Below, one piece after another: positions 32,662 to 42,910 of a DNA stretch of 64,000 nt. The translations under genes and the position numbers were made by a program. Each line of letters starts with the position of its first letter. The first letter of the stretch is position 1. Source of the stretch: Marivivens sp. (GTDB taxonomy: Bacteria > Pseudomonadota > Alphaproteobacteria > Rhodobacterales > Rhodobacteraceae); contig JALRIK010000001.1 of assembly GCA_023255435.1 (NCBI GenBank), positions 61,368-125,367 of the forward strand, in the 5' to 3' direction. The notes under the pieces were generated by a model. It had not been told where the DNA came from. It saw nothing but the letters and a program-made list of their open reading frames with translations, and ran no database searches.

Positions 32662-33380
32662 TCTGCGAACAAATTCTGGAGCTTGATCATAGCGCTTTCG
32701 ACACGGGCACCATCGGTGCCGCGAATGACGATGTTGGCGCCGTAAATGCCGTTGCGTTGGAAAGGATATGACCCGATAGAAAGATCCGCGAACTCCTGCG
32801 CAAGCGCGGTAAGCGGCCCTGCGATGTCGCCCTCGCCCCGATCGATCCGAAGGGTTTGCGAGAGTAGGGGCTTGCCCCCCGTCAACGTCGGCAGCACCGA
32901 CGCGACCATCGCTTCAAAGACGCTCGGGACACCTGCCATCACATGGACATTCCCGATTTTGAAGCCGGGGGCGGTGCTTACCGGATTTTCGATCAGGGTT
33001 GCAGTGTCGGGAATGCGCGCCATACGCAGTCGCGCTTCGTTCAATTCCTGACCCGAACGGTCATAATGCGCTTGAAGGAGCGCGCGCGCGTCGTCGCGTA
33101 CATCGATCGAAACCCCAAAGGCGGCGGCGATACAGTCCGCCGTGATGTCGTCATGCGTGGGGCCAATCCCGCCTGAGGTAAAGACATAGTCGACCCGCTC
33201 CTTTAGTTCAGAGACGGCGGCAATGATCGCGGCACGATCGTCGCTGACCACGCGGGCTTCGACAAGGTTGATGCCTGCTTCGGTCAGCTTGCCAGCAAGA
33301 AAGTGCATGTTGCTGTCGCGAGTGCGCCCTGACAGGATCTCGTCGCCGATCACGATCATAGCTGCAGTGGGGTTCGACAT
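32658..33380 (-). CDS. CinA N-terminal-like (molybdopterin-binding fold, COG1058) protein
   Basis: IVIGDEILSGRTRDSN, SGGIGPTHDDIT, APGF, MAGVP; no PncC domain. Confidence 0.9.
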   Translation of the reverse strand: MSNPTAAMIVIGDEILSGRTRDSNMHFLAGKLTEAGINLVEARVVSDDRAAIIAAVSELKERVDYVFTSGGIGPTHDDITADCIAAAFGVSIDVRDDARALLQAHYDRSGQELNEARLRMARIPDTATLIENPVSTAPGFKIGNVHVMAGVPSVFEAMVASVLPTLTGGKPLLSQTLRIDRGEGDIAGPLTALAQEFADLSIGSYPFQRNGIYGANIVIRGTDGARVESAMIKLQNLFAE

Positions 33381-33421
33381 TTTCTTCTCCATTGGATCTT
33401 CTTTGGGTATAGGACTGGGCC

Positions 33422-34126
33422 ATGCAGTTTTCCACACCTCTTGTTCCCGCTAGGCTCATTCGTCGCTACAAACGCTTCCTTGCCGATGTGCGATTTGAGG
33501 ACGGGACCGAAACGACAGCCCATTGTGCCAATCCGGGCTCTATGATGGGGCTTGCGGATGCGGGGACAAAGGTCTGGCTTGAACCCAATGATGATCCCAA
33601 GAAAAAGCTGAAATACGGCTGGCGCTTGGTCGATCATGAAAACGGGCACTTCACCGGAGTTGATACCGCAGTTCCCAACAAGGCGCTGAAGGCGGCTTTG
33701 ATCGCTGGCGACGTGCGCGAGCTCGGCGGCTATGACCATGTGCGGGCCGAGGTGAAATATGGCGAAAACAGCCGGATCGATTTTCTTCTGAGCGGTGAAG
33801 GTCGCCCCGACTGCTATGTCGAGGTCAAGAGCGTAACCTTGTCCCGAAAGAGCGGTTTGGCGGAGTTTCCCGACAGCGTGACCGCGCGCGGCACCAAGCA
33901 CCTGAGCGAACTTGCGCAGATGGTGCAACAAGGAAACCGTGCAGTGATGTTCTATCTGGTTCAACGCACCGATTGCGACCGCTTCACGCTCGCCTCGGAT
34001 ATTGATCCTGCCTATCACGCTGCGTTTCTTGAAGCGCGCAAAGCGGGTGTCGAGGTGATCTGCTACGACACGGCCATATCGCCTCTCGGGGTGGCTTTGC
34101 GTCGCTGCTTGGTGATCGAGGTCTAG
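33422..34126 (+). CDS. sfsA: DNA/RNA nuclease SfsA
   Basis: RRYKRFLADV, AHCANPGSM, SRIDFLL, YVEVKSVTL, FPDSVTARGTKHL. Confidence 0.96.
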   Translation: MQFSTPLVPARLIRRYKRFLADVRFEDGTETTAHCANPGSMMGLADAGTKVWLEPNDDPKKKLKYGWRLVDHENGHFTGVDTAVPNKALKAALIAGDVRELGGYDHVRAEVKYGENSRIDFLLSGEGRPDCYVEVKSVTLSRKSGLAEFPDSVTARGTKHLSELAQMVQQGNRAVMFYLVQRTDCDRFTLASDIDPAYHAAFLEARKAGVEVICYDTAISPLGVALRRCLVIEV

Positions 34127-34179
34127 CGCCTTCGGCCGAGATACCCTATGTGGAGCAAGAAGCTAGAAGGACCGAGACT

Positions 34180-34989
34180 TTGACGAAACACAATGGCCGC
34201 TTGACCAAAGATGGTATCCGCATTCACGAGGAAGCCGATTTTGCGGGAATGAATGCTGCTGGCAAAGTCGCGGCACAAATCCTCGACGATATCGCGCCGC
34301 ATGTTTTCCCCGGTCAGAGCACGGCCGAAATCGACCGTATCATCACCGATATGGTCACGGCCTCGGGAACAACCTCTGCGACCATCGGCTATCGCGGCTA
34401 TCAGCATGCGTCCTGCATCAGTGTGAACCATGTGGTGTGCCACGGCATTCCCGGCCCCAAGACGCTCAAAGACGGCGATATCCTTAATATCGACGTGACC
34501 GTAATCCTTGACGGTTGGTATGGGGATACAAGCCGTATGTATGTGGCAGGCAATCTCAGCCGTAAATCCGAGCGTCTCATTCAGGTGACGCATGACGCTC
34601 TTATGCTCGGGATCGAAGCGGCAAAGCCCGGAAACACCTTTGGCGATATCGGCAATGCGATCCAGACCTATGTCGAGGCGAACCGTATGAGCGTCGTGCG
34701 TGATTTCTGTGGCCACGGTCTTGGTACGGTTTTCCACGCGCCGCCCAATGTTCTGCACTACGGGCGCCCCGGGACCGGGCCTGTGCTTGAAGAAGGTATG
34801 TTCTTTACCATCGAACCGATGGTGAACCTCGGCCGTCCCGAGACCAAGGTTCTTGCCGATGATTGGACTGCCGTTACGCGGGATAAGTCACTCTCGGCGC
34901 AGTTCGAGCATTCGATCGGGATACGTGCAGACGGGGCGGAAATTTTCACTCTCTCGCCTGCGGGTAAATTCCACCCGACCTATGGATGA
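34180..34989 (+). CDS. map: Type I methionine aminopeptidase
   Basis: CISVNHVVCHGIP, NIDVT..DGWYGDTSR, FCGHG, FTIEPM, SAQFEH; TTG start inferred. Confidence 0.97.
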   Translation: MTKHNGRLTKDGIRIHEEADFAGMNAAGKVAAQILDDIAPHVFPGQSTAEIDRIITDMVTASGTTSATIGYRGYQHASCISVNHVVCHGIPGPKTLKDGDILNIDVTVILDGWYGDTSRMYVAGNLSRKSERLIQVTHDALMLGIEAAKPGNTFGDIGNAIQTYVEANRMSVVRDFCGHGLGTVFHAPPNVLHYGRPGTGPVLEEGMFFTIEPMVNLGRPETKVLADDWTAVTRDKSLSAQFEHSIGIRADGAEIFTLSPAGKFHPTYG

Positions 34990-35640
34990 TCAGAGCGCCG
35001 AAAGGCGCTCTTTCAATTCCAGCATCGAATAGACGACGTCCGCACCTTCTTCGGTGAGTTTGTCCTCGTTGCCGTGTTCGGCATAGCCGATGAACCGCAT
35101 TCCCGCCGCGCGCGCTGCGCCGACACCGGCGGGGCTATCATCGACCATCACCGCACGTTCGATTGCAACGCCTGCGGCCTGAGCCGCAAGTTCAAGAAGC
35201 TTTGGTTCGGGTTTGGCGGTGTTATGGTCATGGGCCGAGAAGATCCGCCCGTCCAGACGGTCGAACAAACCCGAAGGGCCGAGAGAGGCCCGCATTTTAT
35301 CCATCGGGCCGTTAGAGGCCACGGCAATCTTGACGCCGTGTTCCTCAAGGTTATCGATCAACTCGACAAAGCCTTTGCTGACGTCGACGCCTTGCCTCAA
35401 GCGTTCAAAGATCTCGGCGTAGATCTCGTTTACCCAGTTCTCGGGAAGTTTCGCACCCGCTTCGATCGCGCGATCCCGAAGGATATACATTGTGCCGCCG
35501 ACAAACCGTCTGTGACACTCTTCGGCAGAAATCGGCAGACCGTGGTCTGTGAGGCTCTTGGCAACGATCTCGTTCAAAAGACCTTCGCTGTCCACGATCA
35601 CGCCGTCGCAGTCGAAAATAACAAGATCGACGGTTTTCAT
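34990..35640 (-). CDS. HAD family phosphatase
   Basis: VIFDCDGVIVDSE, VASNG, KPEP, VDDSPAG. Confidence 0.92.
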   Translation of the reverse strand: MKTVDLVIFDCDGVIVDSEGLLNEIVAKSLTDHGLPISAEECHRRFVGGTMYILRDRAIEAGAKLPENWVNEIYAEIFERLRQGVDVSKGFVELIDNLEEHGVKIAVASNGPMDKMRASLGPSGLFDRLDGRIFSAHDHNTAKPEPKLLELAAQAAGVAIERAVMVDDSPAGVGAARAAGMRFIGYAEHGNEDKLTEEGADVVYSMLELKERLSAL

Positions 35641-36194
35641 CCTGTGAACTCCATAAACGAAATATGCGTGTCTCCATATCGGCGATGCTCCAGAAGAGCA
35701 AAGCCCGTCGGAGCGGTCTGGGGCGCGTTTTCCTCCCAAACGATTAAGGCATCCTTCGCAATCCAGTTGCCTGCAACCGCTGCGGCCAACGCTTTCGCGC
35801 CCAGATCGCGCCCATAGGGCGGGTCGAGAAAGACCAGAGTGTGGGGTTCTCCAGCACCGAGTTTGGTCGCATCCCGTGTCACAAGGGCGCAGTCCTCCTG
35901 ACGGCGAAGCTTGGCGATATTCTCGCGGATAAGCTTGGTCGCGACGCGACCATCATCGACAAATGTGACCGAGGCTGCGCCGCGCGACAACGCCTCGAGG
36001 CCGAGCGCCCCCGTGCCCGCGAAAAGATCGAGAACCTTGGCGTCTTGGATCGGATCGCCGAAGCGGCCACCATTCAAGACATTGAAGAGACTTTCACGCG
36101 TGCGGTCGGTGGTCGGGCGCAGATGTGCGCCCGTGTCCCCTTTGCCAACAGCGGCAAGGGCTGTGCCCCGATGGGTTCCCCCGATGATCCGCAC
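35637..36194 (-). CDS. rsmD: 16S rRNA m2G966 methyltransferase
   Basis: RIIGG, LRPTTDR.RESLFN, LDLFAGTGALGLEALSRGA, FLDPPY. Confidence 0.96.
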   Translation of the reverse strand: MRIIGGTHRGTALAAVGKGDTGAHLRPTTDRTRESLFNVLNGGRFGDPIQDAKVLDLFAGTGALGLEALSRGAASVTFVDDGRVATKLIRENIAKLRRQEDCALVTRDATKLGAGEPHTLVFLDPPYGRDLGAKALAAAVAGNWIAKDALIVWEENAPQTAPTGFALLEHRRYGDTHISFMEFTG

Positions 36195-37405
36195 TAACGC
36201 AACAGAGCCTTCATGTTGGTTTCGGGGTCACATAACACTTCGGGCGCGGGAGACTTGCCCGCTTCGATCAGGCGCTTGCCGACCATGTAATCCTTGGCGC
36301 TGTTCATCGCATCAACCGCGATGAGCTCGTCCCCTTTGAAATACCAATGGACGCGGACCGTGGGGTCATCGGTGGTTTTCACATAGACCTTGTCATAACC
36401 GATATTAAGCCCCGCGATCTGAAGCTTGGTATCGTATTGGTCCGACCAGAACCACGGCGCGGGGGTGTAATCAACGCCGTTGCCCATCATGTTCTGGGCA
36501 ACGATCTCTGCCTGATCGATCGCGTTCCCGACGCTCTCGATGCGCAATTTTTGCCCTTTGAAAGTGAGGTTTGCGCAATCGCCCGCCGCCCAGATATGCG
36601 GGTCTGAAGTGCGGCCCTGATGGTCGGTATCGATCCCATTGTTACAGACCACCCCTGCGGCTTCGGCCAGAATTGTGGCGGGCATGATCCCGACGCCGAC
36701 GATCGCAAAGTCCACTTCCAAAGTGGTGCCGTCGGTGAGTTTCGCGCCCGATATGCGCTCCTCGCCGATCAGATGGTCGAGCCCGACACCTTCGACGATT
36801 TTGACCCCGTGGGCTGTGTGCAGATCGCGGAAATAGGTCGAAGTTTCTTCGCAGGCCACGCGCTGAAGAATGCGCGGTGCCATTTCAACAAGGGTCACAT
36901 CGAGCCCTTTTTTCGCAGCGACCGCTGCAGCCTCGAGCCCGATATAGCCCCCGCCAATCACCAAAAGCTTGCGACCTTCGACGAACTCGGGCGCCATCGT
37001 ATCCACATCAAGAAGATCGCGCACCGTGTAAACACCGTCGAGCTCGCCGCCGATCTTGGCGGGGAGCGTGCGCGGATGCGAGCCTGTGCAGAGCGCGAGC
37101 GCGTCATATGCAATCGTTTCTTCGCCCGAAAGCGTCAGGGTCCGCGCCGCGGGATTTATCTCGACCACGCGCGTGTTCAAACGAAGCTCGATATTGTTCT
37201 CTTGATACCAGTCCTCCGAGCGAAGAAGCAGTCGATCCACTCCGATTTCGCCAAGTAGGTAAGCCTTGGACAAAGGGGGACGCTGGTAGGGCGCAACACT
37301 CTCTGCGCCGATCAGGCTGATCTTGCCGTCAAAGCCTTCGGACCGCAATTTTGCAACCACCGAGGCGCCCGCTTGCCCTGCACCGACCACAACGAAATGT
37401 TTCAT
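36194..37405 (-). CDS. Ferredoxin reductase-like NAD(P)/FAD oxidoreductase
   Basis: GAGQAG, PYQRPPLSK, GGGYIGLE, WAAGDC, PWFWSDQYD. Confidence 0.93.
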   Translation of the reverse strand: MKHFVVVGAGQAGASVVAKLRSEGFDGKISLIGAESVAPYQRPPLSKAYLLGEIGVDRLLLRSEDWYQENNIELRLNTRVVEINPAARTLTLSGEETIAYDALALCTGSHPRTLPAKIGGELDGVYTVRDLLDVDTMAPEFVEGRKLLVIGGGYIGLEAAAVAAKKGLDVTLVEMAPRILQRVACEETSTYFRDLHTAHGVKIVEGVGLDHLIGEERISGAKLTDGTTLEVDFAIVGVGIMPATILAEAAGVVCNNGIDTDHQGRTSDPHIWAAGDCANLTFKGQKLRIESVGNAIDQAEIVAQNMMGNGVDYTPAPWFWSDQYDTKLQIAGLNIGYDKVYVKTTDDPTVRVHWYFKGDELIAVDAMNSAKDYMVGKRLIEAGKSPAPEVLCDPETNMKALLR

Positions 37406-37494
37406 CGGCTTTTCCCCTTTTTTTGATAGCTTTGGTTCTGGCGGACCCTATATCTAGGCCTATGCTGCATGCAATTCCGAAAGAGGAAAATAAG

Positions 37495-37983
37495 ATGACC
37501 ATTTCAACAGGTGAAAAGCTCCCCGAGGCAACTTTGTATCGGATGGGAGACAATGGACCTGAGGCGGTTGCACTTGGCGATCTGCTAAGCGGACGCAAAG
37601 TTGTATTGTTCGGCCTCCCCGGTGCCTATACCGGCACCTGCACCTCGGCCCACGTTCCAAGCTTTATCCGCACCAAGTCGCAGTTCGATTCCAAGGGCGT
37701 CGACGAGATTATCTGTGTCTCGGTAAACGATCCCTTCGTGATGAAAGCATGGTCGGATTCGACCGGTGCAGGCGAGGCAGGACTTACGTTCCTTGCGGAC
37801 CCCGCTTCCGAATTCACCAAGGCGATTGGGATGAACTTCACCGCACCGCCGGTCGGTTTTTATGACCGCTCCAAGCGCTTCTCGCTTTATGCCGAGGACG
37901 GCGTCGTCAAAGCGCTCAACGCAGAAGATTCTCCCGGCACCTGCGAGATTTCCGCAGGCGAGACGCTGCTCGACCAGATCTAA
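37495..37983 (+). CDS. Peroxiredoxin (Prx5-like)
   Basis: LPGAYTGTCT..HVP peroxidatic motif, SVNDPFVM.AW; GAGG SD. Confidence 0.94.
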   Translation: MTISTGEKLPEATLYRMGDNGPEAVALGDLLSGRKVVLFGLPGAYTGTCTSAHVPSFIRTKSQFDSKGVDEIICVSVNDPFVMKAWSDSTGAGEAGLTFLADPASEFTKAIGMNFTAPPVGFYDRSKRFSLYAEDGVVKALNAEDSPGTCEISAGETLLDQI

Positions 37984-37987
37984 AATC

Positions 37988-38014
37988 AAAGGGCGCCCAA
38001 GAGGCGCCCTTTTT
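37988..38014. terminator. Bidirectional terminator between prx and mscS-like gene
   Basis: AAAGGGCGCC-CAAGA-GGCGCCCTTTTT. Confidence 0.8.
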
Positions 38015-38016
38015 CT

Positions 38017-38859
38017 CTAGTTGGACTGGATAAGTGTCTGGGTTGGAAAGGGAATATCGATCCCGTTGGCGTCCAGTGCCTCTTTGACCTTGCGCTTCAT
38101 GTCGGCCTGATACTGGAAATAGTCCGAAGAATTGACCCAGACACGGACGAGGAAATCGACTGAAAAGTCGTTGAGCCCGTTTACCTGAATAAAGGGTTCA
38201 GGTTCTGTCTTGGACCTTGGGTCGGACATAATGGTATCGCGGATCACCTGCTCGGCCTTGCCAAGATCGACTCCGTAGCCGACACCGAAAATCCATTCGG
38301 CGCGGCGGGTCGGATAGGCCGAATAATTGGTGATCGTATTGCCCCAGACTTGGGAGTTGGGAACGATCACCTGCACGTTTCCGACGCTCGAGAGCTCGGT
38401 AAAGTTGAGCGAGATTTGTTTGACGGTGCCGCTTACTCCGTTCACCTCGACAAAATCGCCGTTCTTGAAGGGGCGAAAGAGAATAATCATCACGCCCGCA
38501 GCGACATTGGAAAGCGTTCCTTGCAGAGCGAGACCGATGGCAAGACCGGCTGCACCGATTACCGCTACGATGGACGTCGTCTGAATGCCGAAGGTGTTGA
38601 GAATGAATATCCCTGCAAAGGCAAGGACAGCATAGCTCGCGATGTTTCCGAGGAAATTGAACAGCGTATCGTCGAGATGCCGATTGCCGGCGGCGATGTT
38701 CACGATCCGGTTTCTGATCCAGCTCGAAACCCAAAGTCCAAGCACAACGATTACGATGAGTGCGAGAATATCGCTTGCCAGTCCTGCCAGAAATTCAACG
38801 GTGAGATAATCGCCGACAGTCTTGCCGTTCCATACTTGGGTCGAAAGAATTTGTTCCAT
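38017..38859 (-). CDS. mscS: Small-conductance mechanosensitive channel
   Basis: GAAGLAIGLALQGTLSNVAAG, RPFK.GD, VPNS, GIDIPFP. Confidence 0.93.
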   Translation of the reverse strand: MEQILSTQVWNGKTVGDYLTVEFLAGLASDILALIVIVVLGLWVSSWIRNRIVNIAAGNRHLDDTLFNFLGNIASYAVLAFAGIFILNTFGIQTTSIVAVIGAAGLAIGLALQGTLSNVAAGVMIILFRPFKNGDFVEVNGVSGTVKQISLNFTELSSVGNVQVIVPNSQVWGNTITNYSAYPTRRAEWIFGVGYGVDLGKAEQVIRDTIMSDPRSKTEPEPFIQVNGLNDFSVDFLVRVWVNSSDYFQYQADMKRKVKEALDANGIDIPFPTQTLIQSN

Positions 38860-39155
38860 TAGTCTTCTTGTAATTTGTCCATCTGTCTCGCGAGTTTCGC
38901 ATCGAGCTCGGTCAAGCCGCCTGCGTCATGTGTGGTCAGTCGCACGTCTACGCGGTTATAGACATTGAACCACTCGGGGTGGTGGTTCCATTTTTCAGCA
39001 TAGAGCGCGACCTTGGTCATAAACCCGAAGGCCGAGATAAAGTTCCGAAACTTGAAGCTTTTTTGGAGGGCGTCCTCGCCCTCTACCTCGCTCCAACCAT
39101 TTTGTTCGAGTTCCGATATCAGAGCGGCGCGGGCATCGGGTGAAAGTTTTTCCAT
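38859..39155 (-). CDS. Pterin-4a-carbinolamine dehydratase
   Basis: [34 protein letters not shown]. Confidence 0.94.
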   Translation of the reverse strand: MEKLSPDARAALISELEQNGWSEVEGEDALQKSFKFRNFISAFGFMTKVALYAEKWNHHPEWFNVYNRVDVRLTTHDAGGLTELDAKLARQMDKLQED

Positions 39156-40327
39156 CAGTCCTGTTCCTCTTGGTCCACTTTGCGAAACGGACCATAATCG
39201 GTGAGGATTTCGATTTCCTCGTTTATGGCGGCGCGCTCTTGCTCGAGATAGTTTTCGACGGCGCGCGCAAACCCTTGATCGGCAATCCAATGGAGCGAAT
39301 GCGTCGGGGCGGGAAGATAACCGCGCGCAAGCTTGTGCTCACCTTGGGCGCCAGCTTCGACCCGAAGTCCGTTGGCAATCGCATAATCGATCGCCTGATA
39401 ATAACAGACCTCGAAATGAAGACAGGGGTGATGCTCGGTGCATCCCCAATACCGTCCGAACAAGGTCTCGCGGCCGATAAAGTTCAATGCGCCAGCAATC
39501 GGTCGGCCGTTCTTTTCCGCAAGGACAAGCAACACATCATCGGCCATCGTTTCACCGATCAGGTCGAAAAAGGAACGCGTGAGATAGGGCGTGCCCCACT
39601 TGCGGCTTCCTGTGTCTTGGTAAAACGCCCAGAAATAATCCCAGTGCTCGGCGCGAATGTCCTTGCCTGTGTATTGGACAATCTCGCCACCAAAGGATTG
39701 AGCCTGAGCGCGTTCCTTGCGGATTGTCTTGCGCTTGCGGCTCGAAAGAGCGGCTAGAAAGTCTTCGAAACTTTGGTAGCCCTCGTTGGCCCAATGGAAT
39801 TGTTGGCCGACACGGCGCATCAATCCCATCGCCTCGCCTGCGATGGCTTCCGCTTCGGTGCAAAAGGTAATGTGAAGCGATGATAGGCCATTGTTCGATG
39901 CCAATTGAACCGCGCCTTGCACGAGTGCGGCCATGCCATCGGCCTCGTGGCCCTCTCTGGTCAAAAAGCGCCGCCCCGTTGCGGGCGTAAAAGGCGCTGC
40001 GATCTGAAGCTTGGGGTAATATCGCCCCCCCGCATTTTCATAAGCATGCGCCCAATTGTGATCGAAGACGTATTCCCCTTGCGAATGGCCCTTTGCAAAA
40101 AGCGGTGCGACGGCAATCGTCTCGTTGTTTTTGCGCACAGAAAGATAGCGTGGTTGCCATCCGCTTCGTCCGCCAACCGATCCCGAATCCTCCAGCGCTT
40201 TCAAAAAGCGATAGGTTGTAAAAGGATCAAAGGGCCGCCCGCCTTCGGGCACAGCGCAAGCGTCCCAAATCGTTTGGCCGATTTCGGATATGCTGCTGTG
40301 GCTCGTGACTTCGAATGCGTCGCTCAT
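39155..40327 (-). CDS. FemAB-like GNAT protein (COG3146/DUF482)
   Basis: [56 protein letters not shown]. Confidence 0.92.
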   Translation of the reverse strand: MSDAFEVTSHSSISEIGQTIWDACAVPEGGRPFDPFTTYRFLKALEDSGSVGGRSGWQPRYLSVRKNNETIAVAPLFAKGHSQGEYVFDHNWAHAYENAGGRYYPKLQIAAPFTPATGRRFLTREGHEADGMAALVQGAVQLASNNGLSSLHITFCTEAEAIAGEAMGLMRRVGQQFHWANEGYQSFEDFLAALSSRKRKTIRKERAQAQSFGGEIVQYTGKDIRAEHWDYFWAFYQDTGSRKWGTPYLTRSFFDLIGETMADDVLLVLAEKNGRPIAGALNFIGRETLFGRYWGCTEHHPCLHFEVCYYQAIDYAIANGLRVEAGAQGEHKLARGYLPAPTHSLHWIADQGFARAVENYLEQERAAINEEIEILTDYGPFRKVDQEEQD

Positions 40328-40358
40328 GTTGGAATACCTGTGTGCGCCGCTGCGGTCG

Positions 40359-41111
40359 TCAAGCCTGATAGCCCTCGAATGTGATATTGTCGGCGATCTC
40401 GCGTGCCTTTGCTTCGGCTTCGGCCGAACGGATCGTCCAGCAGAGGATCGGAGCACCTTTTGCTTTTACGTTCGCGACGTCCCCAGACTCCAGATCTACT
40501 GCTTCGTGCGATATAAAACAGGCGCCCGTGCGATCAAAGTCTGGAATAGCTTTGAGATGCATTCGCACTTCGGCGGGAAGGGTCGGCCAATCCTCAGCGC
40601 TGTATGCCGAAGTCGTGATCCCGCGCGGGATCTGGGGACAAAGTTCCCCCATTTTCGCAACAGAATGTGGGTTGAACGACATAACCGCGACTGGGCCGGA
40701 ATAGGTGCCAAGCACGTCGGCGATACTACGTTCCAACCGTCCGACATTTGGACCCATGCGCCCGTCCTGATCCTTGATCTCGATCAGGAGCGGCACTTGT
40801 CCCGCAACGATTTCAAGAACCTCTGCGAGGGTGGGAATACCGCTTTGTCCGTTCAAGAGAGGTATTGCGCCAAGCTCTATTGCGGTGCGCATCGCGATTG
40901 GTCCTTGCACCCCTGTTAGTCGGGTCAAGGCGTAATCGTGAAAGACCATCGGAACACCGTCTCTTGACGGCTGAATGTCGATCTCTATTCCGTAACCACT
41001 CTCGACCGCAGCCATCACGGCCTCGCGAGAGTTTTCGGGCCTTCCCTCGGCCTTGTTGTGGAGGGCGCGATGGGCAATCGGACGGTCAAGAAAGGCGCGG
41101 GGAAGCGTCAT
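40359..41111 (-). CDS. Glycerophosphodiester phosphodiesterase family protein
   Basis: IAHRALH, PENS, GIEIDIQ.S.DG..MVFHD, LIEIK, CWT. Confidence 0.92.
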   Translation of the reverse strand: MTLPRAFLDRPIAHRALHNKAEGRPENSREAVMAAVESGYGIEIDIQPSRDGVPMVFHDYALTRLTGVQGPIAMRTAIELGAIPLLNGQSGIPTLAEVLEIVAGQVPLLIEIKDQDGRMGPNVGRLERSIADVLGTYSGPVAVMSFNPHSVAKMGELCPQIPRGITTSAYSAEDWPTLPAEVRMHLKAIPDFDRTGACFISHEAVDLESGDVANVKAKGAPILCWTIRSAEAEAKAREIADNITFEGYQA

Positions 41112-41575
41112 TTGATTTCAAAAACGCCGTCAATCTCTACTGTGACGCCAAGCGGTAACGCGGCAACACCTACGGCAGAGCGGGCGTGGCGCCCAGCGTC
41201 ACCGAGCACTTCGACCAGAAAGTCCGATGCGCCGTTGACGACCTTGGGCTGGTCCGTGAAATCAGCGGCAGAGTTCACAAAGGCATTGAGTTTGACCACG
41301 CGCACCAACCGGTTCAGATCCCCTCCACAGGCGAATTTGACTTGGGTCAGGAGAGAAACGGCGCAGGCTTTGGCAGCGTCGGCGCCCTGAGCGAGGTCGA
41401 AATCAACGCCGAGCTTGCCCTTGATCAGATTGCCTTCACGCTGGCTGATCTGGCCCGAAACATGGACGAGGTTTCCTGTCACGACATAGGCAACGTAATT
41501 GCCTGCAACGGCGGGCGCCGTATCGGGAAGAGTGATGCCAAGATCGGCGAGACGGGTTTCGATTGTGTCGCTCAT
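41108..41575 (-). CDS. RidA/YjgF family protein
   Basis: NYV, VSGQI, FVNS..DFTDQPKVVNGASD, GRHARSAVG..LP. Confidence 0.93.
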   Translation of the reverse strand: MSDTIETRLADLGITLPDTAPAVAGNYVAYVVTGNLVHVSGQISQREGNLIKGKLGVDFDLAQGADAAKACAVSLLTQVKFACGGDLNRLVRVVKLNAFVNSAADFTDQPKVVNGASDFLVEVLGDAGRHARSAVGVAALPLGVTVEIDGVFEIK

Positions 41576-41635
41576 TGTGTCGCTCCGAATTGTAGGTGCC
41601 GTGACGCTAGCCCGAGGGCCTCTGCGCTGCAATCG

Positions 41636-42910
41636 TCAACCTTCTCGAAACGCGCGGGTAAAGTAATCCGCAAGCGGTTTCAGCAGGTAGTCAATCGGTC
41701 TTTGGTTGCGCGTCGCGAGAAAGGTTTCTACAGGCATCCCAGGGATGAGTTTTTGGTCCGCATCCAGTTTGTCGATTTCGCTCTCGCCAAGGCCGAGTTC
41801 GATCCGATAGTATGAACGGCCTGTCTGCTGATCTTGAAACGTGTCCGCAGAGATATTGAGCACTGTTCCGAACAGTTCGGGGGTTCTACGCAGATCAAAG
41901 GCTGTAAACCGAACCGTCGCAGCTTGACCGATATAGACCTCGTCAATATCGCGCGATGCGACCTGTGCCGTGATCACCACGGGACGATCATTTGGGATCA
42001 GATACATCAAGGGTTCAGCCGCGCGAACGACGGCCGAAGCGCCAAGCACCTGAAGATCATAAACGGTTCCCGCAAGAGGCGCGCGGATGACGGCGCGATC
42101 CTGTCGGTTGCGCAGAGTGCGTAATCTCTCTCCCAGTTCGGTTTCGCGTGGTTCGATATCCCTGAGCTCTGCCATCGCCTCTTCTCGGCGCGTGGTCGCA
42201 AGGCTCAGCAGTTCGAGGGCGATACCGCTCTGGCGCTCGGTGGCGACGGCGCGGGCGGCTTGCGTTTCGGCGATCTGTCCGACCAGCGCAGCGCGATCAC
42301 GGCGCAGCGCAAGAACGCGTGGGGCTTCTGACAAGCCTCGTTCCAAAAGGCTCTGTTGGGTGGCGAGCTCTTCGTCCAGAAGAACCAGTTGTTGGTTCAG
42401 CGCCTCAAGCTGTGCGTCGATCCCGTCGATTTGGCGGCTGATCTGATTGGACTGTTGGGCCAGTTGTTCTGCGGCCCGCGCTTCGGCTTCGAGTCGAAGA
42501 GTGAGCAAGTTTTGCTGCGAGGCGAATAGCGGCTTATAGCTTGCCGACAGGCCCTGCGCAGTGTCGAGAACCGTTTCGTTGTCACGCTCTGCGACAAGCC
42601 GCGCCTTTCGTGCAGATAGTTCGGCAAGCTGGTTTTCAATCACCGCGATTTCGGAACTCAATTCCGCAGTGTTGAGCCGAATGAGCATGTCGGATTGCGC
42701 GACGGTTTGCCCTTCGGTTACGAAAATCTCGTCTACAATCCCGCCATCGGGATGTTGGATGATCTGGCGGTTCTTTTCGACTTCGACGTGACCCGAGGCC
42801 ACGACCGCCCCTTTGATTGTTGCGCCGACAAGCCAGCCGCCGAACCCAAGAACTAAGACGACAAGTGTCGTGAACCCGACCGCGAGAAAACGATTAGCAG
42901 CCCAGATCAT
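41636..42910 (-). CDS. HlyD family type I secretion membrane fusion protein
   Basis: TM anchor, GAVVASG, IQHPDGGIV, coiled coil, IRAP..G.V, LIPGMPVE. Confidence 0.94.
   Translation of the reverse strand: MIWAANRFLAVGFTTLVVLVLGFGGWLVGATIKGAVVASGHVEVEKNRQIIQHPDGGIVDEIFVTEGQTVAQSDMLIRLNTAELSSEIAVIENQLAELSARKARLVAERDNETVLDTAQGLSASYKPLFASQQNLLTLRLEAEARAAEQLAQQSNQISRQIDGIDAQLEALNQQLVLLDEELATQQSLLERGLSEAPRVLALRRDRAALVGQIAETQAARAVATERQSGIALELLSLATTRREEAMAELRDIEPRETELGERLRTLRNRQDRAVIRAPLAGTVYDLQVLGASAVVRAAEPLMYLIPNDRPVVITAQVASRDIDEVYIGQAATVRFTAFDLRRTPELFGTVLNISADTFQDQQTGRSYYRIELGLGESEIDKLDADQKLIPGMPVETFLATRNQRPIDYLLKPLADYFTRAFREG

Noticed and set aside
37423-37456. RpoH-like -10 element (CCTATATCT) upstream of the peroxiredoxin gene
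   Set aside because: Neither nearby TTG is at the expected spacing, so no promoter was called
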